A DNA stretch of 57,268 bases from Minisyncoccota bacterium (GCA_041659845.1 JBAZXM010000004.1:1-57268), one strand, 5' to 3'. Counted from the stretch's first letter, positions 45,341-55,580 are shown. Numbers and translations: made by a program. The notes: a model not told the origin generated them from the letters alone.

Positions 45341-45353
45341 TTAATCAAAAAAT

Positions 45354-45698
45354 ATGACACGAGTAAAAGGAGGGGTAAATGCGCTCAAGAGGCGTAAAAA
45401 TGTTTTAAGACAGACAAAAGGCTTCCGTTTCGGCAGAAGTACGAAAGAGCGCCAGGCAAAAGAAGCATTGGTGCATGCAGGTTCGTACTCCTTCGCGCAC
45501 AGGAAGGATAAGAAGGCGGATAATCGCAGATTGTGGCAGGTCAGAATCAACGCAGCAGTCCGAACATTCGGAACTACCTACAGTAAATTCATCGATATGC
45601 TCAAAAAGAAAGAAATTGAAGTCGATCGAAAAATCTTGGCAGGAATCGCCGAGACAAATCCGGAAACATTCGCACGAATCATGGATACAGTGAAATAA
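45354..45698 (+). CDS. rplT: 50S ribosomal protein L20
   Basis: MTRVKGGVNALKRRKNVLRQTKGFRFGRS. Confidence 0.92.
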   Translation: MTRVKGGVNALKRRKNVLRQTKGFRFGRSTKERQAKEALVHAGSYSFAHRKDKKADNRRLWQVRINAAVRTFGTTYSKFIDMLKKKEIEVDRKILAGIAETNPETFARIMDTVK

Positions 45699-45743
45699 AT
45701 AAAAAGTGCCCAGACCTTGGTCTGGGCACTTTTTATTTATTAT

Positions 45744-46334
45744 TTATTTTACAATTTCATACTCTTTTACTTTGTCTTTTTTCACGAGTGCGATGACTTT
45801 TTCAACTAAACGCTTAGGGTCTGAATCATACACGATTTTATTATTCGGGCGATGACCTTTTTCCACTATGTATTTTATTTCTTCATCCATGTCCCAATCA
45901 CCTTCCAATACGCCAATCGGCTTGTCATCTTCAAATGCGATAGTGAATTCATGAATTGTTCCAATTCTTCCGCATCCGATAAAAACAGCATCTGTAGATT
46001 TTGTTAGAATTAAATCCCTGCCCGGGTAGCCGAACCCTGTGTAGATAATCAAATCCATATAATCAATCGGTAATCGATACACATCTACATGTTCATTTTC
46101 ATTTGCAGCCGGTGAAAAACCGATCGAAAATCCTCCTTCTTCCTTCACGCCCATAGCCGACCAAAGAGGAAATCCTGTAGTTGCCCCAGTCACAATAACC
46201 GCTCCTTGCCGAGCAATTTCTCGGCCAAGCTCTTTTGCTTTTTCAAGCGCATCCTTTCCGCAATGCCCCGTCTCTGCCGCGCCGGAAACGCAAAGATTAA
46301 TTTTTAAATGCCCATGTTTACCAGTATTTTCCAT
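45744..46334 (-). CDS. TIGR00725/LOG-like Rossmann-fold protein
   Basis: 196 aa. VSGAAETGHCG...IVTGATTGFP...GCGRIGTIHEF. Confidence 0.65.
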   Translation of the reverse strand: MENTGKHGHLKINLCVSGAAETGHCGKDALEKAKELGREIARQGAVIVTGATTGFPLWSAMGVKEEGGFSIGFSPAANENEHVDVYRLPIDYMDLIIYTGFGYPGRDLILTKSTDAVFIGCGRIGTIHEFTIAFEDDKPIGVLEGDWDMDEEIKYIVEKGHRPNNKIVYDSDPKRLVEKVIALVKKDKVKEYEIVK

Positions 46335-46348
46335 AATTTAATTATATA

Positions 46349-47716
46349 TTATTCACAGTCTAAAACCACGACTTCTCCCTTAATTGGTACGTAAGCCTCA
46401 AGAGCCAAATAATCCTTAACCTTTTGCGCAAAATACAGAGATGATTTCGGCTCACCCATAACAACAAAAATTTTCTTTACACTCTCAGCCACATCTTGTG
46501 CAAAATTTAGAAGCCCATCAGAATCTTTGTGGCCTGAATATCCACCAATGGTGACAATTTTTGCTTTTACATCAACATATTCTCCTTTAATCTTTATAGA
46601 TTTCGCTCCTTCTTGAATTAGGCGTCCCATCGTACCTAAAGACTGATACCCTGTCAAAAGAATGGTGTTGTTAGGATTCGGTAGATAATTATGTTCATGG
46701 TGGACTATGCGCCCGCCATTCGACATACCGGAACCAGCAATGATAATTTTTGGATTAGGTGCATCGATGATCATCTTTGATTCCTCGGTACGTAGTGTCG
46801 AACGAAGCCCTGGGAAAGTAAATATATCATCGCCAGAATGAATTATATCTTTAGCTGTATCATTGAAGTAATCTTCAAATTCTTTATATATCTTTGTCAA
46901 TCGGATTGCCAATGGAGAATCGAAAAAAATTGGCATCGTGGGAATCTTCTTGTTTTCAACAAGGCCATCAATTTCAAAAAGAAGTTCCTGACTGCGTTCA
47001 AGAGAGAATGTCGGAACAATCAGCGTGCCTTTATTCTTATAATTATCTTCGATTACTTCTTCCAGCTTCTTACGGCGCTCATGACGATCTTCGTGATTGC
47101 GATCTCCATAAACACTTTCCATAATCAGATAATCAACCCCTTCCAGTTTTTCTGTGTCGCGAAGCAGTGGTGATGGCGAATTACCGAGATCTCCTGTAAA
47201 GACTATTTTTTTACCATTATAAGTGAATTCAATCATGGCTGACCCAAGAATATGCCCTGCATCGAGTAGTCTTGCGGTGAGTCCTTCCGTGATTTTTATA
47301 GTATCGTGATAAGGGAAGCCCTCCCATAAACCGATAATCTGATGAACAATTTCTTTAGTAAAGAAATCATGTACACTCTGTTCATGATATTTAGAAAGTA
47401 TAAACACAGTGTCATCAAGCATGGGTTCGGCGAGAGCTTTGGTCGGTATGGTGGAATAAATTTTTCCATGGAAGCCATCATGGATTAGTTTCGGAATCCT
47501 GCCTACATGGTCAACGTGAGCGTGAGTGACAAAAAGAATATCGATAGATGTCGGATCGTACTGGAATGGCTCCCAGTTCTCATCATCAGCGAGCTTGGTA
47601 CCCTGCGAGAGTCCGCAGTCAACTAGAATTTTTTTACCTTCAACTTCTAATAGAAAATTGGCCCCTGTTACAGAACCCGCCCCACCGCAAAATGTTAGTT
47701 TTAATTTCTTTTCCAT
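46349..47716 (-). CDS. MBL-fold beta-CASP ribonuclease/hydrolase
   Basis: 455 aa. HAHVDHVGRIP motif 2, with beta-CASP and C-terminal RNA-specificity-like regions. Confidence 0.8.
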   Translation of the reverse strand: MEKKLKLTFCGGAGSVTGANFLLEVEGKKILVDCGLSQGTKLADDENWEPFQYDPTSIDILFVTHAHVDHVGRIPKLIHDGFHGKIYSTIPTKALAEPMLDDTVFILSKYHEQSVHDFFTKEIVHQIIGLWEGFPYHDTIKITEGLTARLLDAGHILGSAMIEFTYNGKKIVFTGDLGNSPSPLLRDTEKLEGVDYLIMESVYGDRNHEDRHERRKKLEEVIEDNYKNKGTLIVPTFSLERSQELLFEIDGLVENKKIPTMPIFFDSPLAIRLTKIYKEFEDYFNDTAKDIIHSGDDIFTFPGLRSTLRTEESKMIIDAPNPKIIIAGSGMSNGGRIVHHEHNYLPNPNNTILLTGYQSLGTMGRLIQEGAKSIKIKGEYVDVKAKIVTIGGYSGHKDSDGLLNFAQDVAESVKKIFVVMGEPKSSLYFAQKVKDYLALEAYVPIKGEVVVLDCE

Positions 47717-48168
47717 GATTTAATTATACACCATCTCGGACGCGAGGAGAAAAAATACAAAAGAGCAAAAGCGCCTCCAGACAGATCAAAAAAGATATCA
47801 GAAACAGAATCAATCGGATCCGCCAGATTCGCTCCGGGAATAAGATGCTGTACGGTATATTCAAATACTTCCCATAAAAATCCTATGGCAAAAACAATAA
47901 TCATCGTACGGAGTACGAGCTGCTTATCACTAGAAGTGGAAGAAAATAAGCCTGAATAAAGAAGTGCCCAAATACCTGCCAATCCTACCCACACTCCTCC
48001 TAAAAAATGCATAGGCATATCGAACCACCAAAGTATTGAATACCAATAAAACCTCATCGCCACGCTATTTATAAGAAAAATAAAGAAAATCAGAAAAAAA
48101 ATAGCGTTAGTAAGCTCTTTTTTCGGAAGTATATCCAATTTTTTAATGAAAAAATATTTAGAAAACAT
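47701..48168 (-). CDS. hypothetical integral membrane protein
   Basis: 155 aa with 4 TM. DMPMHFLGG and WEVFEY motifs. Confidence 0.5.
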   Translation of the reverse strand: MFSKYFFIKKLDILPKKELTNAIFFLIFFIFLINSVAMRFYWYSILWWFDMPMHFLGGVWVGLAGIWALLYSGLFSSTSSDKQLVLRTMIIVFAIGFLWEVFEYTVQHLIPGANLADPIDSVSDIFFDLSGGAFALLYFFSSRPRWCIIKSWKRN

Positions 48169-48212
48169 ACCTATATTGTACTATGAATATTTCAATAACA
48201 AAAAGTGACAAG

Positions 48213-48395
48213 AAAAAACCGCCAGTATTGTGGCGGATTCTTCTTACGGCTATCGGGGCCATATTACCTTAGCTTAAAGCTAGGTGGGTGCCTGAGCGAT
48301 CTGCCAAAGCAAGAACGCTACAAATAAATAAGATTGGCTCCCGTATGATTATTGTTTCTAGGTAATACTCCTACAATAACCGTACTTAAAGTATA
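48213..48395 (-). ncRNA. candidate structured RNA / riboswitch-like leader (unclassified)
   Basis: Read on the minus strand: putative TTGCAG-N16-TATACT promoter (48390-48417), about 170 nt with 5'/3' end pairing, then terminator ccgcca-caatac-tggcgg-TTTTTT (48213-48238) about 45 nt ahead of the membrane-protein start. Confidence 0.4.
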
Positions 48396-48491
48396 CACCT
48401 GTATAAATTCCCTGCAATCTGGACGGAGAATTTTTTTTGTATCTGAATTGAATAATAAAAATACCGCGAGATATCTCGCGGTATTTTTATT

Positions 48492-49013
48492 TTAGTGTTT
48501 TTTCTTTGGCTGTGTAAAATGGTCGTGCACAGTTTTATAAGAGAAAATTTCACTCTCGCTAAACCAGTGAGCAATTTCTAGCTTTGCTTCATCGGCATCC
48601 CCTGATGCATGAATCAAATTGGGAACTCCCATATCAGCCTCATCAGCTCGAGAAAAGCTCATATGAGAATAGTCTCCGCGAATGGTCCCGGGCAGAGCAC
48701 TTTTAGGCTCTGTAGCGCCAACCATTTTCCTAACAAGAGAAGCGGCGTCAACCCCTTCAAGTACAAAAGCGACAACAGGGCCGGCATTCATAAATTCAAG
48801 AGTTGTATCAAAAGGCTTTTGCCCACGACGAGAAATCATTTTCCCTATATTTTCATAGTGATGAAAATAGTGATCGTAGTCAGGCTGAAGCATTTTTGTG
48901 GCAACAATTTTAAGCCCCACTTTTTCAAAACGGGAAATAATCTCACCGATAACCCCCCTTTGAACAGCATCCGGTTTTAAAATAATAAGTGTTTGCTCGT
49001 CTTTTGTGTGCAT
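48492..49013 (-). CDS. ndk: nucleoside-diphosphate kinase
   Basis: LIILKPDAVQRGVIGEIISRFEKVGLKIV and the HASGD active-site His context. Terminator at 48455-48490. Confidence 0.88.
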   Translation of the reverse strand: MHTKDEQTLIILKPDAVQRGVIGEIISRFEKVGLKIVATKMLQPDYDHYFHHYENIGKMISRRGQKPFDTTLEFMNAGPVVAFVLEGVDAASLVRKMVGATEPKSALPGTIRGDYSHMSFSRADEADMGVPNLIHASGDADEAKLEIAHWFSESEIFSYKTVHDHFTQPKKKH

Positions 49014-49049
49014 ACTGGTATAAATGATTACTGATATGGGATGAGTATA

Positions 49050-51779
49050 CTATTTTTGTTCATATTTTCCAAATATCTCCGCTTCGACTTCTTCGCGGTC
49101 ACGGCCGTATTTAAGATAGGAAAGCTCTTTTAATTTGTCGATGATTTCTCTATTACCTTCTGGATTTTTAGCAGTCACCATATTGAATGGTTTTGATGCT
49201 GGTGCTCCATTGATAATCATGCTGACATAAGCATTATAATTTTCGAGTTTAATAATATCTGACGAAGTAAATGTTGGAGAAAATTTCGGCTCCAAAACTT
49301 TCGCATCTTCCGGTGAGACACGGAAAACCGCCATTGACCCCACATTACCAAAAACAGCATTTTTGATTTCATCAGTAAGTTGAGCGATGTATTGGTGAGC
49401 AACATTGAGAGACAAGCGATACTTGCGCGCTTCGGAAAGGATTGAGGCTATTGAAGGTGTTGTGACATTTTGAAATTCATCGATATACAGATAAAAGTCA
49501 TTCATCTTCTGCCCGAACATATCCACGCGAGATAGCGCTGCCATCTGGATTTTACCGACAAGAATGAGGCCGATCAAATTGGCATTGATATCGCCAAGTC
49601 TGCCTTTTGAAAGATTCACGAGTAATATCTTTTTCTCATCCATAATCTTTCTGAAATTAAGTGAGGAATGTTGCTGAGCAATAACCGGACGCATGATGTC
49701 GTTGGAAATAAGCGGATCAAACTTACTCGAAATATACGGCACAAAATTTGCAAGCCCTTGATCGCCGGTTGTCTTTTCAGCAGTTTCCCAGAATTGCCTG
49801 ATAATAGGATTTCTACAATGCGAAAGTTTCATGTCGCGGAATTCTTTGTCGGCCAAGACACGCGTTACCTCAAGCAAAGTTGAGCCTGACTCCGGATGTT
49901 CCATCACTAGGAACGCAGAGTTTTTGAAATACTGCTCGAACATCGCCCCGCCGGAAATTTTCAAATCAAAGAGCTGGTTGAAAATATTCATCATTTCATT
50001 CACCACAAAAGTCTTTTGCTCCGGATAATTTGGATCATATTCAAGCATATTGAGCCCCATTGGCCGCGCAGTGTAAGCCGGATCGAAATAAATCACATCA
50101 TCAATGCGCTCCGGCGGAATGTATGAAAGAATGTCTTGAATATCCGATCCGTGGGGATCGATGAAACAACAGCCATCACCATTTGCAATATCTTGAGCGA
50201 TTAAGTTTTTCAAAATTGAAGTTTTACCCGTACCTGTCTGTCCAACGACATATAAGTGGCGTACACGGTCTTCGCGTGCCATTCGGATCTCTGTGCGAAC
50301 TCCACGGAAATCATTGTAGCCAAGTAATATCCCATCCTTACCCATTTCAAGCGGAGCTGGACCTTCCCCAGCGCGTGCAGTCTTTAATTGCGGAGTACTG
50401 CCTACGCCCAATGGAAAATGGAAAACAGTTGCCAATTCTTTCAAATTAAGAGGTATTTCTTTACCTTCATCAATTGTTCGATAGGAAAAATTATGAGTGA
50501 ATTCCTTTATCTTTTTGTCTTCAATTTTTTTGAAAATGAATTTATTACTGCCGGCTTCAGCAAATTGGTTGAAGGCAGATTCAAGCTCCACCACAATCTC
50601 TTCGGCTCGTGATTTCGTCTCAGCTCCAGCAAGTACCCGGATGTGAGACGACATAATCGTGGACTTCATCTTTTCAGTGATATGCGCGACTGCAATCTCA
50701 TCAATCTTTTTTTCTTCTTCTTTTTTCTTATCATGGGTGCCAAAAATAAGGTGCTTCACCGCGCCGGCAAATTGTCTGTCGAATTCACCGAATAATTCAG
50801 AAGCTTTCTTAAAATCCATACCTTCTTTCACTTTTTGCAGTATGCTTGTGAATTTCTTTATGAATTTGTCGCCTGTAGGAGTGATTATAATCTGAATTGC
50901 CGCACCTTCACCTTTGGTTTTCATCTTGGAAAATACCGAAAGCATAGTTTGGATGGGATCGTGATCAATAGATTCGTATGTCTTTATCGGAAGTACTTCA
51001 CTCTCAGCAAGCTCTGCGTATGCACCTGACGCCACTCCCCCATCAGAGAAAATATTGTAATCATCCGTAACTTCGCGAATTTTCGCCCCACCGTAAAGCC
51101 CGAGTACTTGCTTCTCGAAGAGCGTAGCGGAAATAGAAGGCACAGAAGCATAGAAAACCACGTGGTCACTATCACCGGAAAGCGCGATCTCAAGCGTATA
51201 ATAATTTTTGGCGTAATTTTCCGGATCACTGCCTACTGATTGCATGCCTGCATAGAACTGCTCCATCATGGAAATAAATTCTTTGATTGGACGCTTATCA
51301 TCTTCCAGTTTTTCAGGCAGTGTAATTTCAAAAAGCTTCATATGGAGCGCTTTAAAAAGCGGAGTACCTTCTTTAAGAGATGGGACTGTTGCAGATTGGA
51401 TATATTGAATAAGAAAGCGATGAAAGTCATCATCCAAATGAGGATTGCCTATTTTCATGACTATTTCAAGAGCATTTTTAATCCCATTCGTTAAAAGGAT
51501 ACCTAAGAGTTCTTCCATCTTCGTATCGTGACTTTCTGGGCGCAGACGCAAAACAATATTCGCCGATTCTTCTTCGGGAATTATCTGTGTTTTAGGCAAC
51601 ACCTGCTCCTTGGGCAATATCGCATATTCCTTAACAACTTCATGTGCTGCGACCTCGGGCTTATTATGCCCACTTTCAATCAGAGCTTTTTCTCTCTCGG
51701 CAATATGGGCGCGCAGAAATTGCAATTCCTCTTCAGGAGATTTGAATTTGGGAATTTCCTTTGTAAAAAGGTTTTCCAT
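49050..51779 (-). CDS. large soluble FtsK/HerA/VirD4-like P-loop ATPase (T4SS coupling-protein-like C-terminal half)
   Basis: 909 aa. Walker A VVGQTGTGKTS, Walker B LYIDEFQN, and RKYRLSLNVAHQYIAQL. No N-terminal TM helices. Confidence 0.7.
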   Translation of the reverse strand: MENLFTKEIPKFKSPEEELQFLRAHIAEREKALIESGHNKPEVAAHEVVKEYAILPKEQVLPKTQIIPEEESANIVLRLRPESHDTKMEELLGILLTNGIKNALEIVMKIGNPHLDDDFHRFLIQYIQSATVPSLKEGTPLFKALHMKLFEITLPEKLEDDKRPIKEFISMMEQFYAGMQSVGSDPENYAKNYYTLEIALSGDSDHVVFYASVPSISATLFEKQVLGLYGGAKIREVTDDYNIFSDGGVASGAYAELAESEVLPIKTYESIDHDPIQTMLSVFSKMKTKGEGAAIQIIITPTGDKFIKKFTSILQKVKEGMDFKKASELFGEFDRQFAGAVKHLIFGTHDKKKEEEKKIDEIAVAHITEKMKSTIMSSHIRVLAGAETKSRAEEIVVELESAFNQFAEAGSNKFIFKKIEDKKIKEFTHNFSYRTIDEGKEIPLNLKELATVFHFPLGVGSTPQLKTARAGEGPAPLEMGKDGILLGYNDFRGVRTEIRMAREDRVRHLYVVGQTGTGKTSILKNLIAQDIANGDGCCFIDPHGSDIQDILSYIPPERIDDVIYFDPAYTARPMGLNMLEYDPNYPEQKTFVVNEMMNIFNQLFDLKISGGAMFEQYFKNSAFLVMEHPESGSTLLEVTRVLADKEFRDMKLSHCRNPIIRQFWETAEKTTGDQGLANFVPYISSKFDPLISNDIMRPVIAQQHSSLNFRKIMDEKKILLVNLSKGRLGDINANLIGLILVGKIQMAALSRVDMFGQKMNDFYLYIDEFQNVTTPSIASILSEARKYRLSLNVAHQYIAQLTDEIKNAVFGNVGSMAVFRVSPEDAKVLEPKFSPTFTSSDIIKLENYNAYVSMIINGAPASKPFNMVTAKNPEGNREIIDKLKELSYLKYGRDREEVEAEIFGKYEQK

Positions 51780-51829
51780 TAATAAAAGTATATCATAAAA
51801 CCTTGCGAGAGCAGGTGTTTAGCGGAGAC

Positions 51830-52600
51830 TTATGATGTTTTAGTTAGAATTTCAGGCTCACTTTCAGTAATTAAAATAGTGCATTCAAAATGCGCGCTCT
51901 TTTTACCATCTGCAGTGCGGACGGTGTAGCCGTCATTGTCAAAAATTATACTTTTGGTGCCTTCATTTATCATTGGTTCGATTGCTACCACCATGCCCGG
52001 TCTTAAAATAGCTCCTGTACCCTTTTTACCAAAATTCGGAATATATGGATCTTCATGAATTTCTCTGCCTACACCATGACCAGAGAGCTCACGAACAATG
52101 CCATATTTGTGAGGTTTGATGAATTTCTCAATTGCCGCGCCAATATCACCCACGCGCGCACCGGCTACAGCCTCATTAATACCCACGTAAAGTGTCTTTT
52201 CCGTAACTTCCAAAAGCTTAGCCGAGGCTTTACTTATAATGCCTACAGGCACAGTAAGAGCCATATCAGTATAAAGACCTTTATGTTTAAGCCCTAGATC
52301 TATAGAAATAACATCGCCTTCTTTTAAAACACGGTTGATTTTAGGGATACCATGAACTACTTCATTGTTTATAGAAGTACAAAGAGATGCTGGGTATGGG
52401 TGTGACGCACCTTCCGGTTTGTAATTCAAAAAAGCTGGTTCATCCCCTCCTCGCCTGATAAGCTCATACGCGTATAGATCAAGTTCATGAGTTGAAATAC
52501 CGGGTGCGACTTTATCTTTAACTTTATATAAAATTTCCGCCAAGCGCTTACCGCCCTCGCGTAATTTTTCTATTTCTTCAGGAGTTTTTATAAATATCAT
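51830..52600 (-). CDS. map: type I methionine aminopeptidase
   Basis: 256 aa with metal ligand contexts D..D, H, E, E (VISIDLG, SGHGVG, AIEPMI). Confidence 0.9.
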   Translation of the reverse strand: MIFIKTPEEIEKLREGGKRLAEILYKVKDKVAPGISTHELDLYAYELIRRGGDEPAFLNYKPEGASHPYPASLCTSINNEVVHGIPKINRVLKEGDVISIDLGLKHKGLYTDMALTVPVGIISKASAKLLEVTEKTLYVGINEAVAGARVGDIGAAIEKFIKPHKYGIVRELSGHGVGREIHEDPYIPNFGKKGTGAILRPGMVVAIEPMINEGTKSIIFDNDGYTVRTADGKKSAHFECTILITESEPEILTKTS

Positions 52601-53202
52601 AATGAAAGTTTAGAAAGAATTTCCGCATGAACTTCCTCAATCGTCTGCTCTCCATTGATTTCAAGCACTTGGTAAAGTGGGCTATGTTTCATATGATCAA
52701 TCGCGGGCACGACATCAGTATCAAACCACGAGAGTCGCTTCTCAATATCTTCATTCTTAATATCGTCTATCCGGCCTTCAATCTTCGCTCGAGTATGCAA
52801 ACGATCCAATGACCAATTTTTAGAAACATTCAACAAGATCACTGTCGCTGATTCGCGATTATAAAATCGGAGAGCAGTATCAAGCACTAAAACTTCAGGC
52901 AAGGTGCGGCAAATACCATCCATAAACAAATGCTCTATTCCTTTAAATTTTTCAATCAAGACATGCGACCATATATGAACAGCGAGGAATGCCGGCTGAA
53001 GACCACCAGTCTTATACACCCCTAAAGAGAGCGTACTGGTATAATTTTCTTCTTTGATGAATTCTCGGAACATCGCCCCGGTTTCCAGGTGGAAAATTTC
53101 CCGTTCAGAATCGAGCTTCTTCAGAGCTTCGGAAAGCAGGCCAACCTGTGTTCCTTTGCCACAGCCCGATCGCCCAATAAAAATAAAAGTTTGAGGAGTC
53201 AT
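52597..53202 (-). CDS. adk: adenylate kinase-like nucleoside monophosphate kinase
   Basis: P-loop FIGRSGCGKGTQ. Lies between secY and map. ATG 53202 is preferred over GTG 53208. Confidence 0.75.
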   Translation of the reverse strand: MTPQTFIFIGRSGCGKGTQVGLLSEALKKLDSEREIFHLETGAMFREFIKEENYTSTLSLGVYKTGGLQPAFLAVHIWSHVLIEKFKGIEHLFMDGICRTLPEVLVLDTALRFYNRESATVILLNVSKNWSLDRLHTRAKIEGRIDDIKNEDIEKRLSWFDTDVVPAIDHMKHSPLYQVLEINGEQTIEEVHAEILSKLSL

Positions 53203-53220
53203 GCGCACAGTATACCACGC

Positions 53221-54498
53221 CTAGTATTCACGCATAGAGATTTGCGCTTCGATTTTTTTGATCAAATCAGTAACCACCGAAACAACAATCAAGAGCGCAG
53301 TACCACCGATAGCAAGCGAGGTAATACCTGTAAGTGATTGCATAATGAGCGGAAGAACTGCAATGAGACCTAAAAATGCGGCACCCATAAGCGTAATGCG
53401 ATTTAAAATTTTTGACACGAAAAGCGCGGTCGGCTCACCAGGACGAACTCCTGGGACGAACGCTCCGTTTTTCTGTAAATTTTCTGCCATAGCTTCAGGA
53501 TCGAATGTAACTGCAGTGTAGAAAAATGTGAAGAGAAAAACAAGCACAAAATATGTTATGGAATATGCCCACGGATTCTGTACGAATGCGATAAGTGCAT
53601 GAGAAATCGATTGCAGTATGGAATTAGCCGAGGTTGCAAAGAATGCGCCAAGCATTTGTGGAAACATCAGTATAGATAGAGCGAAGATGATTGGAATAAC
53701 GCCAGCCTGGTTAATACGAAGAGGTATGTAAGTAGTTGAACCGCCACCGTAAGCACTCCCTCCGCTACGTGCTTGGCGCGCATAAGTGACGGGAATCGGA
53801 CGCTCGGCCTCAGTGACAATAACCACACCGGCAATAATTAAAAGACCGACGATTGCAAATAGGATAACGTAAGGAATCTGTGAAGTTTCAAATGACAATA
53901 AGAATTGGCTTATATGTGTAGGAATTGCCGCTACGATACCAGCGAAGATTATTAGTGATATGCCGTTACCGATACCATATTCTGTTACAAGTTCACCAAT
54001 CCACATCAAAAGCATTGAACCTGCTGCAACAATGGAGACATCGGTGATAAATTCAAAAATCGTAAGAGCAGGGAGAATATCTTGTCGCTCAAGTAAAACT
54101 ATGAATCCAACAGCCTGCACAATAGCAAGCGGGACGGTAAGTAAACGTGAATACTGAGTGAATTTCTTCCTGCCAACCTCGCCTTCGTGCTGACTGAGTT
54201 CCTTTAAGCGAGGAATCATTATAGTCATAAGCTGCATGATAATTGAACTGGTGATATAAGGTCCGACACCAAGCATAATGATTGAAAGGCTTGATAATCC
54301 GCCACCGGAGAAAATATTTAAAACTCCCAAAAACTGGTTATTTTCAAGTAAGCGAGCGAGTTTAATAGCATCAATACCCGGAATTGGGATAGCAGCAAGC
54401 ACCCGGAAAATACAGAGTGCAAAAATGACAAAAAGAATCTTATTGCGAAGACTCTTGTCTGTGAAAATCATTTTTATTTTTGAGATAAATTTTTCCAT
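53221..54498 (-). CDS. secY: preprotein translocase subunit SecY
   Basis: 425 aa with 10 TM in a conserved position. Confidence 0.92.
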   Translation of the reverse strand: MEKFISKIKMIFTDKSLRNKILFVIFALCIFRVLAAIPIPGIDAIKLARLLENNQFLGVLNIFSGGGLSSLSIIMLGVGPYITSSIIMQLMTIMIPRLKELSQHEGEVGRKKFTQYSRLLTVPLAIVQAVGFIVLLERQDILPALTIFEFITDVSIVAAGSMLLMWIGELVTEYGIGNGISLIIFAGIVAAIPTHISQFLLSFETSQIPYVILFAIVGLLIIAGVVIVTEAERPIPVTYARQARSGGSAYGGGSTTYIPLRINQAGVIPIIFALSILMFPQMLGAFFATSANSILQSISHALIAFVQNPWAYSITYFVLVFLFTFFYTAVTFDPEAMAENLQKNGAFVPGVRPGEPTALFVSKILNRITLMGAAFLGLIAVLPLIMQSLTGITSLAIGGTALLIVVSVVTDLIKKIEAQISMREY

Positions 54499-54520
54499 AT
54501 GCGCAAACCCTTATGAGCCA

Positions 54521-54958
54521 TTATGAAACACTACCACCAACTTTTTCGATTTTTGCTTTTGCTGCGGTAGAAACCATACAGCCGGAAACAACTAACTTCT
54601 TCTCGATATTTCCATTGCTTAGAATTTTAACAGGAGGAGTGAGACCGCGCTTCTTAGAGATAAGCTTTGCCGCCAAGAGAATGTTTGGATTGACCTTTGC
54701 GCCGTTATCAAAAATATTAAGATCAGCCAAATTAACAACCGCAGACTTCGCTTGAAAAGACTGGAAAATGTTCTTGCCGCGGCCGCGCAATTTCGGAAGC
54801 TTCTTGATTATATCACGCATTTCCGGGCGCTTCTTCCTACCTGCGCGCGAATTCTGACCTTTAGTACCACGGCCGGAAGTCTTACCACGAGTGCCACCAC
54901 GTCCGATGGTCTTCTTTTTTCTATTTTCAGTTTTTCGTGCGAGATTATGGAGCTGCAT
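54521..54958 (-). CDS. rplO: 50S ribosomal protein L15
   Basis: GRGGTRGKTSGRGTKGQNSR. Confidence 0.92.
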   Translation of the reverse strand: MQLHNLARKTENRKKKTIGRGGTRGKTSGRGTKGQNSRAGRKKRPEMRDIIKKLPKLRGRGKNIFQSFQAKSAVVNLADLNIFDNGAKVNPNILLAAKLISKKRGLTPPVKILSNGNIEKKLVVSGCMVSTAAKAKIEKVGGSVS

Positions 54959-54980
54959 ATTAGTGTATTAAATAAATAAA

Positions 54981-55580
54981 TTAATCAGTTGGCGCTGTAA
55001 TTGCTGGTGCCGGCGCCGGTGCTGGAATAACCGCTGAACTGCGCTTGGTTGCTATTTCACTTAGAGCTTTCATCGCGGCACGCGCAGTATTTAGTTTATT
55101 CTTACTTCCGGAAAGAACTTTTGCAGTGACATTTTTCACACCTGCGAGAACGAGAAGATCGCGAACCGCAGAACCTGCTACAAGACCCTTACCTTTGTTT
55201 GGCATAATCATAACACGAGAACTTGAGAATTTTGCCTTTACTTCATAAGGGATAGAAAATCCTTTCGTTGTTTTCAAGGTGATCATGCTTTTCTTTGCAT
55301 TCTTAACAGCCTTCTGAATAGCGAGCGCAGTATCACCGGCTTTACCGGTACCAACACCGACGCTTCCCTTCTTATCACCGAGAGCAAGTGCGATAGCAAA
55401 GCTGAATCTTCGGCCCCCGGAAACCACACGTGTTACACGCCTAACAGCGAGAATTTTCTGATCAAATTCCGGCTTTGGTCTGTCAAATGATGGACGAGGA
55501 CGATCACTACCACCGCTTCTCCCGCGAAAAGGCTTGCGATCTCCTGTATTAGTTTGATTGTTTTGTGCTTGAGTATCCAT
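54981..55580 (-). CDS. rpsE: 30S ribosomal protein S5 (with basic N-terminal and Ala/Pro C-terminal extensions)
   Basis: VRRVTRVVSGGRRFSFAIALALGDKKGSVGVGTGKA. Confidence 0.92.
   Translation of the reverse strand: MDTQAQNNQTNTGDRKPFRGRSGGSDRPRPSFDRPKPEFDQKILAVRRVTRVVSGGRRFSFAIALALGDKKGSVGVGTGKAGDTALAIQKAVKNAKKSMITLKTTKGFSIPYEVKAKFSSSRVMIMPNKGKGLVAGSAVRDLLVLAGVKNVTAKVLSGSKNKLNTARAAMKALSEIATKRSSAVIPAPAPAPAITAPTD

Noticed and set aside
48270-48310. Plus-strand ggtgggtgcctgagcgatctgcc resembles pieces of the TPP riboswitch consensus (GGGGUGC...CUGAGA...GAUCUGG).
   Set aside because: The elements are far too close together to form the P2-P5 helices. The ACCCUGA and UAAUACC parts are missing. No plus-strand gene lies downstream.
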